Below are positions 1 to 10,200 of a stretch of 46,518 bases of DNA, piece by piece. Within the stretch, counting starts at the first letter, position 1; the number at the start of each line of letters is the position of its first letter. Source of the DNA: a candidate division WOR-3 bacterium (GTDB lineage Bacteria > Hydrothermota > Tepidihabitantia > SM23-42 > JAOAFX01); contig JBBILZ010000012.1 in the NCBI GenBank assembly GCA_037444665.1, positions 1-46,518 on the forward strand. The letters run 5' to 3'. The notes below the pieces were generated by a model. It worked only from the letters and a program-made list of their open reading frames with translations. It was not told where the DNA came from and made no database searches. Both the position numbers and the translations under genes were made by a program.

Positions 1-136
1 CAAAATTTATGCCTGCCTTTTGCCAAAAACCAATGAAAAATCATACATTTATATTAAAAAAATACTATGATTATTGCACTTTTATATAAACCATGCACAA
101 AATCACAACATATTTGCATTTTTTTTCATCCATATC

Positions 137-382
137 TCATTCTCTTATCTTACCTTTCATTGGCACAAATCTAACCGGGATTAAATCTTCTTTTTCTAAT
201 TTATCCTTTATTTTTTTATATAATACCAACATCTGCCATTCATCGCCTTCTGGCATTACGAGCCTGCCGTTTTCTGCGAGTTGCTCAATGAGTGGTTCAG
301 GAACCCTTGGTGCAGCACAGGTAATTATTATGGCATCAAATAGTAAAAAAATAAAAAATCGCAGTAGTATTAAATTTTTCAT
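137..382 (-). pseudogene. pcm: Protein-L-isoaspartate O-methyltransferase, C-terminal fragment only
   Basis: FDAIIITCAAPRVPEPLIEQLAENGRLVMP...VRFVPM matches the Pcm C-terminal third. The SAM-binding N-terminal part is missing, and under 80 bp separate the Pcm-like part from the upstream gene. Confidence 0.7.
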
Positions 383-417
383 TTGATTATAACCAGCTAA
401 AAAACTTGTTCTAAAAA

Positions 418-717
418 TTAAATTTTTTCAAATTTTATTTTTATCAATCCTAAGTTTGCCTCTTTATCACTGATAATGAATAGAATACCATCGGGTTTTG
501 CTTTAGCAAGAAATACTAAATTTTCTGTATACAAAATAATTGAAGCATTTTCTTTTCCAAAACTTGTTTTCAGCTGGTTTACAATTTTTGCGGACATAGC
601 CCCGAATTTCTCAGCATCATAGCCATGAGCAAACTGGCTATCAATTATAAAACCATCATAGCTTGCCACACCCGCACCAAGGACATGTGGTATCTTTGTA
701 AGGTCAAATAGATTCAT
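418..717 (-). CDS. Roadblock/LC7 (MglB-like) domain protein
   Basis: 99 aa; VLGAGVASYDGFII...KEANLGLIK pattern typical of the Roadblock/LC7 fold. Confidence 0.75.
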   Translation of the reverse strand: MNLFDLTKIPHVLGAGVASYDGFIIDSQFAHGYDAEKFGAMSAKIVNQLKTSFGKENASIILYTENLVFLAKAKPDGILFIISDKEANLGLIKIKFEKI

Positions 718-719
718 AA

Positions 720-1766
720 TTATCCCAGTATTTTTATTATTTCTTCAATAATTTTCCGAGCATAAACAAACACGAGCCCGGGTTTTGCCTCAGGTTTAGT
801 AATAATACAAAGCAGAGATTCACCGGCAGTAATTGCACAAATTGTCTCATCTTTATTTTCAATGATAAATTTTTCCAAGCCACCTGCTTTAAGAAATTTG
901 AATGCATTATCTGCCTCATTAAAAATTCCTGCAATAAGGGCACAAAGTTCTTCCAGGTCAGATTTTTCAGGATAATAACTCTGAATTAAAAGTCCATCAC
1001 GGGAAAGGATAAAAGCACCTTTGACTGTTTTTATAGCAGTCAATTTTTGCATCGGCGCATTCAGGGCATCCAGCGGACTCGGCTTTTCTATTCTTTCTTG
1101 TTCAACAACTGGTTCAAGACCAATTTCGGGCAGAATTGGCACAGATTCAATAGGTTCAGTGACTGCCGGTTTTTCTGCTACAACCTTTTCCGGCTCTATA
1201 ATTTTTTCAGGTTCTGGTTCTTTCTGAGTAATTGCTTCAGAAGTGGGTTCAATCTTTTCAATAATTTCTTCAACCTTCACCTCAGGTATAATCGGTTCTT
1301 CTTTTGGAACAGCGACCATCTCTGGTGTAACCGGCTCGGTCGGTTTTTGAATTTCAACAACTGGTTTTTCTGCAGGCTCAACTCTCGCTCCTTCTGGCTT
1401 TAATAAACTTAGTTCTTGTTTTGCTTCCTTATTTTCAGGATTAATCTTTAATGTTGCATCATAGAATTTAATCGCCTTTTCATAGTCTCCCAATTTCTTA
1501 TGGATATGGCCCAGATAAAGGTTCTCATTCTCACTCTCCTTTGCCTGCTCATATATCTCTTCCAGTGTCTTCAGTGCCTGTTCTGTTTCGCCTTTAAGAT
1601 AATATGCCCTGCCCAGAATTATTTTCGCAAGTGTATAATTGGGGTTTCTGTTTAACCCATCTTTTAATATAGAAATTGCTTCATCAACCATACCTGAGGA
1701 AAGATAAACATCAGCAAGTGTAGCAAAGATCAGAGCTTTTGAATCCATTGCAAGTTCATCAGGCAT
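720..1766 (-). CDS. TPR protein with Pro/Glu-rich linker and C-terminal Roadblock/LC7 domain
   Basis: N-terminal TPRs (FATLADVY...; LGHIHKKLGDYEKAI), a PE/K-rich linker, then VKGAFILSRDGLLI...AKPGLVF. Confidence 0.8.
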   Translation of the reverse strand: MPDELAMDSKALIFATLADVYLSSGMVDEAISILKDGLNRNPNYTLAKIILGRAYYLKGETEQALKTLEEIYEQAKESENENLYLGHIHKKLGDYEKAIKFYDATLKINPENKEAKQELSLLKPEGARVEPAEKPVVEIQKPTEPVTPEMVAVPKEEPIIPEVKVEEIIEKIEPTSEAITQKEPEPEKIIEPEKVVAEKPAVTEPIESVPILPEIGLEPVVEQERIEKPSPLDALNAPMQKLTAIKTVKGAFILSRDGLLIQSYYPEKSDLEELCALIAGIFNEADNAFKFLKAGGLEKFIIENKDETICAITAGESLLCIITKPEAKPGLVFVYARKIIEEIIKILG

Positions 1767-1796
1767 ATTCTACACCTCTTTTAATCAAATTAAACA

Positions 1797-4181
1797 TTAT
1801 ATTTCCTTTTTTAAAAATTCCATCATTTCCATTGTGATATTCAGACAATGTGTTATTTTATTTGTAAGTTCCTCATCAGGGCTCAAAAGCATAGCCTTTT
1901 TCCAAAAACCGCACGCTTCTTCAAATCTACCTTCCTGGACTAAAAGGATTCCAAGATTATAATATGGAAGCGGTTTGGAAGGCTCAATCTCAACCGCACG
2001 CTCCAGATAGGTTTTTGCTTTTAAGCGCTCACTTTTTTCTAACCAGTACTGCCCGGCAGAAATATAAAAATCATAAACTTCTGGTCGTTCATTTTCAAGA
2101 AAATCAATAAAAATCTTTGCCTGTTCTAAATCTTTTTTCTTGATATATATATTCAAAAGTCCAAGGTTTACCGCAATATCATTTTTATTCTTCTCATACA
2201 ATTGAGTATAGATTTGGAGGGCTTCATCAACTTTATTTAATGCAAGATTGATATTGGCAAGTTCAGTGAGCCATTCTACATTATCACTCTGGATATTCAA
2301 TAATTTTTTATACTGGTCCTTTGCCTGATTTAACCTGCCCAGAGATTTTAGCATACCAGCAAGTGTGAGCATTACATTTAAATCATCAGGATGCCTGCGG
2401 CTATAGTTATCCAGTTGATTGAGTGCATCATCAATATTATTGGATTGGAACAAAATCTTTGACTTCAATATGATTGCTTCACTCATCTCTGGCACAAGTT
2501 TCAGCGCTTCATCTATCATATTTAACGCCTTATCATAATCTTTGTTCTTCAAAAAAGACTCTGCTTCTTGGATATAATCTTGTGGTGTGGGCACTTCAAG
2601 TGTTGGAAAGAATTCTTCAACTTCTTCAACAATCTTTTCTTCAATCTTTGGTAGAATATAATAAGGTCCAAACTCATATAATTCCGACGCAATCGCAATA
2701 CGATACTTATCTTTTTCATAATTTGGCTCTATCTCCATTCCGCGCCGGATATTTGAAAGTCCTTCTTCAAATTGTCCAATCTTCATCAAAAGAAATCCTA
2801 AATTATAATATGCTCCAGTATAGGTGGGAAGTAAACCAATTATTTTTCTGAACGCAGTGATTGCCTCTTCATCTCTGCCAATTTCTGCATAGACCAGCCC
2901 CCGGAAAAATATACTATCAACATTGTCGTCATTAAATATTTTTAAAGTATATTCATAATCACCTTTTTTAAAATAATACATTCCTAAATTATACTTCGCC
3001 TCTTCACTACCCTGGTCTTTTGCGGTATTAAAATTCTTTATGGCTTCTTCTATATCATTTAATAAATATTGAGATAAGGCAAGATTGGTTAATGCCTGGA
3101 CATAATTCTTATCTACTCCCAGGGTCTTTTCAAAATAGTTTTTTGCCTGTTTATAATCATGTTTTTTCAGGTAAAAAACACCCATCCCATTGAGCCCGCG
3201 TGTAAAAAGTGCATCCAATTCAAGACAGCGGCTAAAATATTTTTTTGCCTCTTCAAGTTGATTTAAAAATATGCTCACTTCACCAAGCGCAGCAAAAAGT
3301 TCTGCGTCATTATCCTTTAATTTTAAAGCCTCTTCAAATTCCCGACGGGCCTCAGTAAAGAGCCCTTTATTACGATATGTCATACCGAGGTTAATATGTG
3401 CCTGATATTCGTTTATTGATGTCTTAGGAACACCAAGCTGCTCTTTCAAAAATTCCAGATGGCCCTTATGTTCTTTCAATTCAATCGGTAGATTCGGCTC
3501 AAACTGAGCCAAAGCAGGGTTTATCTGAATAGCCTTTTTTATCTCCTCCCTGCCCTCTTTATGCATCCCCTTTTCACCATAGGCAAAGCCTAAAAAGAAG
3601 TGTGCCTCCGCAGATGAAGAATCAAGGAGCAATGATTCCTGAAAATTTTTTATCGCAAGGTCAATTATCCCTTTGTTGAAATATATTTCACCGAGAAGAC
3701 GATAACCCTCAGGCGATATCTTTATCTCTAAACTCTTTTTAATTTCTTCAAGGGCATCATCGTACTTACCGAGATTTTTGAGGGTAATACCCAACCCGAA
3801 TCGGGCTTCATAAGAACCCGGATTAAAATCAAGAACTTTACGGTAATAAATTATTGCCTGCGAATATCTATTCAATTTGCGATATGTGTCAGCAAGTTCT
3901 AAGGTCTTTATTTCATCAAATGGTTCAACCTCAATGTGATGCGCAAGTTCTTTTACCCGATTGTCCAGTTTTCCAGATTTCTTAAGAATAATCTCTAAGT
4001 TGTTACGAGCAAGAATGAAATTGGGGTCAATACTCAATGCCTTTTCTAATTCCTGAATCGCCTCTTCGTAGAGCCCTTTATTGTAGTATACTACTGCAAG
4101 GTTATTATGTGCACCCGGGTCATTATCCGGAATCCTTTCCGCAAAACTCTTCAAAACTTTATATTCTTCAGGTGAAATCAT
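1797..4181 (-). CDS. Large tetratricopeptide repeat protein
   Basis: 794 aa of tandem TPR motifs (AHNNLAVVYYNKG, AHFFLGFAYG, AYYNLGFLL). No signal peptide. Confidence 0.9.
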   Translation of the reverse strand: MISPEEYKVLKSFAERIPDNDPGAHNNLAVVYYNKGLYEEAIQELEKALSIDPNFILARNNLEIILKKSGKLDNRVKELAHHIEVEPFDEIKTLELADTYRKLNRYSQAIIYYRKVLDFNPGSYEARFGLGITLKNLGKYDDALEEIKKSLEIKISPEGYRLLGEIYFNKGIIDLAIKNFQESLLLDSSSAEAHFFLGFAYGEKGMHKEGREEIKKAIQINPALAQFEPNLPIELKEHKGHLEFLKEQLGVPKTSINEYQAHINLGMTYRNKGLFTEARREFEEALKLKDNDAELFAALGEVSIFLNQLEEAKKYFSRCLELDALFTRGLNGMGVFYLKKHDYKQAKNYFEKTLGVDKNYVQALTNLALSQYLLNDIEEAIKNFNTAKDQGSEEAKYNLGMYYFKKGDYEYTLKIFNDDNVDSIFFRGLVYAEIGRDEEAITAFRKIIGLLPTYTGAYYNLGFLLMKIGQFEEGLSNIRRGMEIEPNYEKDKYRIAIASELYEFGPYYILPKIEEKIVEEVEEFFPTLEVPTPQDYIQEAESFLKNKDYDKALNMIDEALKLVPEMSEAIILKSKILFQSNNIDDALNQLDNYSRRHPDDLNVMLTLAGMLKSLGRLNQAKDQYKKLLNIQSDNVEWLTELANINLALNKVDEALQIYTQLYEKNKNDIAVNLGLLNIYIKKKDLEQAKIFIDFLENERPEVYDFYISAGQYWLEKSERLKAKTYLERAVEIEPSKPLPYYNLGILLVQEGRFEEACGFWKKAMLLSPDEELTNKITHCLNITMEMMEFLKKEI

Positions 4182-4185
4182 ATTA

Positions 4186-4797
4186 TCAAATTAAATTCAA
4201 TTTTTTAAGCATAATTTCCAAACTTGAATTATCCGGTAACAAGAGAAAGAATGCCGAAAGTGGTTTATTAAAATCGCCAAAATCAAACTGGGTCTCAATA
4301 CAGAAAATGAAGTCCTTCTCATTCCCGAATTCCACAATAACACTTGAAAGAACTGCGCCCACCATATCAATGATCATCCCTGGCACTGAGGGAAGAATCA
4401 ATAAGCCCAATAGGTCACCAAGGGCATTCATATAAGCACACGATAGGATATTTGATACTTCCTTCAATAGTGATTCCTGAAGTTCAATGGTATTCTCCTG
4501 GTCTTCAGGCATCAATAATTTTGTCAATTCCTGGGCATCATCATAAGGATAAATGAGCAGAGTTCTACCAGTGAGGTCACCAAGAAAATATAATAAAACT
4601 GAAGCCACCACATCATTCGGGTCAGCAATCTTTAGAATTACTTCCTCAAGCTGTCCAGTATATAGTTTAGGGACTCTAATCATCACCTTTTTCCCTAAAA
4701 GCTGGGATAAAGATGTTGCTGCATGGCCGCCACCAATATTTGCAATTTCAGTCAATGCATCAATTTGTTTTTCTGTAAGATTTTTTGCATCAATCAT
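4186..4797 (-). CDS. cheC: Chemotaxis phosphatase CheC
   Basis: Two ExxN motifs: DALTEIANIGGGHAATSLS and LLKEVSNIL. Overlaps the cheA stop. Confidence 0.9.
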   Translation of the reverse strand: MIDAKNLTEKQIDALTEIANIGGGHAATSLSQLLGKKVMIRVPKLYTGQLEEVILKIADPNDVVASVLLYFLGDLTGRTLLIYPYDDAQELTKLLMPEDQENTIELQESLLKEVSNILSCAYMNALGDLLGLLILPSVPGMIIDMVGAVLSSVIVEFGNEKDFIFCIETQFDFGDFNKPLSAFFLLLPDNSSLEIMLKKLNLI

Positions 4798-6302
4798 TCA
4801 AAACCCCTTGGTTCAAGAATTAAAATAGGTTTACCATCGGCATAGACAGAACATCCTGAATATAAAGAAGAAGGTAATAGTTTATCTGCCTTCTTTACCA
4901 CAATCTCCTGTTCATCAATAATTTCATCAGTCACAAATCCCCTTTTTTTACCTTCATAATCAACCACAATGACTGATTTTTTTCTTGATTTATGTGAAAA
5001 ATTCAATTTTTCTCCTATGTTAACCAAAGGCAGAATGTCATCTCTTAACTTCAAAAGGTCGCGCTTATAGACCCTTTGCACACTATTTTCATCAATATAG
5101 AATGACTCCCGAATATAACTTAATGGTAGTGCGAAGCGCTGGCCACCAAGACCAAAAATGATGGCTCTAATAATTGCGAGGCTGATGGGCAGCTCAATGG
5201 TAAATTTAGAACCCTTGCCTTTTTCAGATTCAATTTCTAAGTTCCCACCCAACTCACCCACTAACGAATGGACAATATCAAGCCCGATTCCCCGTCCTGA
5301 AACTGCTGAGACATCCTTTTTCGTAGAGAAATCTGGCCTCAGCAAAAATTTATACAAATCTTCTTTGCTCAATTTTTGCGCTGATGTCTGGTCAATCAAT
5401 TTCCTCTCCACAACCAATCTACGAATTTCTTCTACATCAATACCCCGACCATTATCAATTACACTGATTCTTATGAATTCACGCTCTTTGGTTGCCTGTA
5501 ATATGATCTTACCTTCTTTTTCAATACCATGGTCAAGCGCATTACGCAAAAGATGCATAATTGGTTCTTTGAGGACATCAATGATTGAACGGTCAACCTC
5601 AACTTCTCCACCAATCATCTGAAAATCAATTTCTTTGTTCTGTCTCTTTGCTTCATCTCTTAACCAGCGCGGGAAAAATTCAAAGACGGTCGTTAATGGC
5701 AGCATCCTCAATCGTGCCACTTCATCCTGTAATACTGCAATTAGTCTTGAAGCAGTCTCGCTGAGCGTCTGTAATTCAATACTGCCCATCTCTGAACTTA
5801 TTTTATTTAATCTTGACCGGACAATAAGCAGTTCATTTGTAAGATTGAACAATGTATCAAGCTTTGCCATCTTAATTTTTATTTCACCCATCTCCTGTGT
5901 TGCGGTTATTGATTTTTCAATGGCAACCTCTTTACCTTCTTTAATATCCTCGCAGGTCTTCAACAGCATCTCAGTAGATGGCAACATACTTTTGTTCTTT
6001 AAAGCCTTTATAAAATTACTCAGAAAATCGGTAATCACAAAGATAAAATCAACGACCCGTTTATCAATTTCACCTTTTGTCTTGGGTTCAGAGAGTAAAT
6101 CTTCTATTGAGTGAGTAAGATTACCTAAATCTTCAAAACCCATTGTTTGTGCCATCCCTTTAATTGTATGCAAAATTCTGAAAACTTCAAGAATTGCCTT
6201 ACGATTTTTGGTATTCTTTTCAAGATCTAAAAGTTCACGGTCTAATTGTTTTATATAAGATTCAATTTCACTAATAAAAAGGTCTAAATATTCTTCCATC
6301 AT
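4794..6302 (-). CDS. cheA: Chemotaxis histidine kinase CheA (no P2 domain)
   Basis: HPt FRILHTIKG, HLLRNALDHGIE, DNGRGID, SGRGIGLDIV, C-terminal CheW-like domain; only 502 aa. Confidence 0.95.
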   Translation of the reverse strand: MMEEYLDLFISEIESYIKQLDRELLDLEKNTKNRKAILEVFRILHTIKGMAQTMGFEDLGNLTHSIEDLLSEPKTKGEIDKRVVDFIFVITDFLSNFIKALKNKSMLPSTEMLLKTCEDIKEGKEVAIEKSITATQEMGEIKIKMAKLDTLFNLTNELLIVRSRLNKISSEMGSIELQTLSETASRLIAVLQDEVARLRMLPLTTVFEFFPRWLRDEAKRQNKEIDFQMIGGEVEVDRSIIDVLKEPIMHLLRNALDHGIEKEGKIILQATKEREFIRISVIDNGRGIDVEEIRRLVVERKLIDQTSAQKLSKEDLYKFLLRPDFSTKKDVSAVSGRGIGLDIVHSLVGELGGNLEIESEKGKGSKFTIELPISLAIIRAIIFGLGGQRFALPLSYIRESFYIDENSVQRVYKRDLLKLRDDILPLVNIGEKLNFSHKSRKKSVIVVDYEGKKRGFVTDEIIDEQEIVVKKADKLLPSSLYSGCSVYADGKPILILEPRGFE

Positions 6303-6318
6303 TTTTTAATTCAATTAT

Positions 6319-6678
6319 TTATTTTTTCATTATTCGTTCAATTGATTCCAGCACCCTTGAGGGTTGGAATGGTTTAACAACATAGTCTATTGCGCCCGCC
6401 TGAACTGCTTCAAGAACCAATGCCTGTTGACCCATTGCTGAAACCATTAATATCTTTGCCTTCGGGTCAATTTTTTTAATCTCTTTGACCGCCTCTATTC
6501 CGCTCATATCGGGCATAATAATATCCATTGTTACCAGTTCAGGTTTCAATTCTTTATAACGCTCAACTGCCTCTTTACCGGTTGACGCTTCTCCGCACAC
6601 AGTATGTCCGCCTTTTTCTAAAATATCGGTTAGCATACGACGCATAAACATTGCGTCGTCAACGACCAGGATTCTCAT
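6319..6678 (-). CDS. cheY: CheY response regulator
   Basis: VVDDAMFMR, TMDIIMPDM, SAMGQ, VKPF; GGAGG RBS upstream. Confidence 0.95.
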   Translation of the reverse strand: MRILVVDDAMFMRRMLTDILEKGGHTVCGEASTGKEAVERYKELKPELVTMDIIMPDMSGIEAVKEIKKIDPKAKILMVSAMGQQALVLEAVQAGAIDYVVKPFQPSRVLESIERIMKK

Positions 6679-6761
6679 TTAACCTCCTTTTTCCCATATT
6701 GAAAATCCCATAAAACCCTACATTCAAACCATAAAAAACCAACCACTGGCTTAAGAATAGT

Positions 6762-6789
6762 ATTTTATCATAATTTTGAAAAAAGTCAA
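6762..6789 (-). promoter_or_regulatory. Sigma70-like promoter for cheY-cheA-cheC-TPR-Roadblock
   Basis: TTGACT-N16-TAAAAT with extended -10 TGn. Confidence 0.6.
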
Positions 6790-6796
6790 GATTTTT

Positions 6797-7207
6797 TTAT
6801 GTTAATACCTTTTGAAGATTTAGAATAAGAATTGGCTTTTCATCTGTTTCATAGACACCGAGGAAAAAATCCTTCTCTTTCTTTGTAGAAAGCAGTTCAG
6901 AATTTTTGTTAATATTTTTTTCGTTGATCTTCTTTGTTCCTACAAGTTCATCAACACGCAAACCAGCAATCCGTTCATCCTCTTCAACAACCAGCGAGAG
7001 ATTGCAGATTTCATCACCACTCAAACCCAGACGTCTTCGTAAAGAAATAATCGGTATAACTTCTCCACGAATATTTGCAAGACCCAGAAGAAACTCGGGC
7101 GCTCTGGGCACAGATACAACTGCGGGCAGTTCTGTTACTTCACGCACCTTTTTTATATCCAGACCAATCAATTCATCAAGTATTTTAAAAATAATCAAGG
7201 TATCCAT
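6797..7207 (-). CDS. cheW: Chemotaxis coupling protein CheW
   Basis: VPRAPEFLLGLANIRGEVIPIISLR. Start reassigned to ATG 7207 (MDTLIIFK), immediately after the upstream stop. Confidence 0.9.
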   Translation of the reverse strand: MDTLIIFKILDELIGLDIKKVREVTELPAVVSVPRAPEFLLGLANIRGEVIPIISLRRRLGLSGDEICNLSLVVEEDERIAGLRVDELVGTKKINEKNINKNSELLSTKKEKDFFLGVYETDEKPILILNLQKVLT

Positions 7208-7208
7208 A

Positions 7209-10200
7209 TCACACACAATAAAGGTTACGAAAACGGACAATGCCAAATGGGTCAACAACAAAACCTTTGATGTCCTTCTTAACCGCATAACAATCAACTC
7301 CGTGAGACAAAAAGACCCAGAGCGCATTGTCAACAATCCATTTTTCTATTTTCTGATATAATTCAATGCGGCGACGCGGTAACTGTTCAGAACGTGCAGA
7401 CTCAATCATTTTATCAAGTTCTTCATCAGAATAGAAAGACGTGTTGCCACTGGCACCAAAACTATGAGAATGGAAAAGCGTATAGGTGAAATTGTCTGGG
7501 TCGCCATTATCTGAAACCCAACCCCTTAAACTCATTATACTATTGCCACTATAAGTTTTTTCCAAAAATTCCTCCCAGGATAAAGGATTGATTTGAAGAT
7601 GGATGCCGATCTTACCGAGCGAATCCCTTAAAAATTCTGCCCTTTTTACTGAATCCTTGCCAGTTCTCACATCAAGCACAAAAGTATCGGGTATGCCTGC
7701 ACCGTACCCTGCCTCTTTCATCAGTTCCCTTGCCTTTTTAAGGTCATAAGGGTAACCAATTATGTTATTGTTATATCCGGGCAATCCTGGTGGATAAACA
7801 CCACGAGCAGGGATTGCTTTTTCTTTAAGTAATTCGCGACAATAATATTCTTTATCTATCGCATAATTCATTGCCTGGCGCACACGCACATCTAAAAATG
7901 GAGATTTTTTAGAAAAGTTGACGGTGAGATATTGAGTGGAAAGCACTGAACCTGAACAGATATCTTCTGGTGAAAATTCCTTTAGCATATCTGAAGTCAA
8001 ATTCAATATTGATATCTCACCTGCCTTAAATAGTTCTAATGCCTCTTTATCATCGGCAACCTTTTTGATGATACATTCATCAATGTAAGGTCTGCCATCA
8101 AAAAAATCATCAAATGCCTCAAGAATAACTTCTTTGTCTTTTTCGTAAGAAATCAACTTAAATGGACCACATCCAATTGGGCTCTCTGTATTCCAATCCT
8201 GCGGCACAATATCACCAACACCGCAGGCAAGGTTTGCAAGAAATGGAACATAAGGGAATTTCAACATAAATCTAATATGATACGGGTCTATTACTACAAT
8301 ATCAGAGAGATACTCAAAAAAATTCGCATTTGGTCCCTTTTTCACACGATTTAAAGAACTGAGCACATCTTTAGCCAGAACCTCTACACCATTGTGAAAT
8401 TTTACCCCTTTCTTTATATAAAAATCCCAAATTCTACCATCTTCAGAAACAGAAAATGAACGGCCAACAGCAGGAATTAAATGATTTAACTGGTCAAATG
8501 TATAAAGACCTGTGAATATCTGTTCAATAACCTGATGGCTTGTTGTATCAGTTCTAATAGCAGGGTCAAGGACAATCGGGTCTTCTGTTGTCCGAAAAAC
8601 GATTCTCTTTTTCTCCGCAGGTATGAATGTAATCTCTTTTTTAAATTCCTGAACAACACCCGCCATCTCTTTTGTCAATGCCTTTTCTGATTTTATTGTT
8701 TCATTATAGGTGACAAAATATTCACTTATTTTTTTATATTCAGATTCAAAATTCCGATGGTGCTCTCCGAGCAGACCACACTGGCTTATCATCTGCTCTG
8801 TAGAACCGAGCATTTCCTGACAAAGGGCTGAAAGATTATCAATAACTTTAATACTTTCATTCACCGCAACTAAAGAGGTATTTAAGGCATCCTGCCCTAA
8901 TTCTACATCTCCCAAGCCTCTAATAAAACAGGAAATGAGCACCTTAAAATCCTTCATAATTTCATTTTTTAAAACATCAATACTTGCGACAAACTCTAAT
9001 GACCTTACGGAAAGCGTTTTTATCTCATTAGTCACCACCTCAAGTGCACTCGCATATTCACCACTTCTGGCACTTTCAATACCAGCATATAATCCGAGTA
9101 ATTTAGAGCGCTCAGTAATTCTTTTTAACTCCTGTAATGGTTTATCAACTTTGTTAATAAGTTCCTTTAACTTATATGATTTATTATTTAAAGAACTGAG
9201 TAATTCTCTAATATCCTGATAAAATACTTTAGCCCTGGAAAGTGTCTCATTGGCAAAATTATGTGTTTTTGACCAGGACTTTATCCTTTCTGTAATCTGT
9301 ATAATAATTTCATTAAGATGTTTAGCTTCAGCAACAAATTGAAGAATAAATCTTTCTGCAGAATACAGGTCAAGTTTTTTAAATGCGCCACCCACCAACT
9401 TATCAAATCCCTCTTCTATTTGCGGTTCGTTCTCTAATATTTTACTGAATGTATTAAAGAAACAATTAAAATTATAATCATCGTCTACTGTCATCAAATT
9501 ATTCTTAACATTATTTAAGTGTTGAAAAAATGCTCCTAAAAATATTTCAGTTATTGCTGTAGTTCTTGTTATATTATATATCTCTTCCAGATATACGGGT
9601 AATTTTTCACTTTCCTGATGCAAATTTGTATGCAATTCTTTCTGTGTCGTAATAGTTTTAGATACATCTTTTATTGCATTTTCAAGATAAGGGACTAAAT
9701 TGAGTAATTCATTATTTATATTTATAAATTTTTCTGCAATCTCTTTTAAATAATCTATTACACCCTGAATTTTCTTTAAATCCTGTGCCAATTCCTCAAC
9801 CCCAATGATTAATTCATTGATAATAGTAGGAATGGTTTTCGTAGGTTTTTGTGAATGGCGCACCAGACCTGTCATTTCTCGGGCTATCACTTCAAACCCT
9901 CTACCCTGTCTGCCCGCATGATAGGCGGTGATCCCGGCATTGCGAGAAGCAACTTCAATTGACTCGGATACAAGTCCAATATCCTGAATTATTCCACCAA
10001 GTTTATCTGCCTGCTGGTGAATTTTCTTAAGAATATCTGTTATATTATTGAGGTCAAAACTGACCTTCTCTGATATGGTAAGCGAATCATTAAAATTTTT
10101 AATACTTTTTTTTAGCAGTTCATGTGTTTTTTTGATTTCATTATCAAATACTGCGACTCCTTCAAAAACGAGCTCTACGGTGACAGATAGATTATAGAAC

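Noticed and set aside
7208..7336. Extended N-terminus of cheW; likewise the longer ORF-track starts for the MCP (10427), HD protein (15972), rnfC (18015) and REase (32493)
   Set aside because: They overlap upstream genes or promoters; downstream ATGs fit the domain boundaries and operon coupling.
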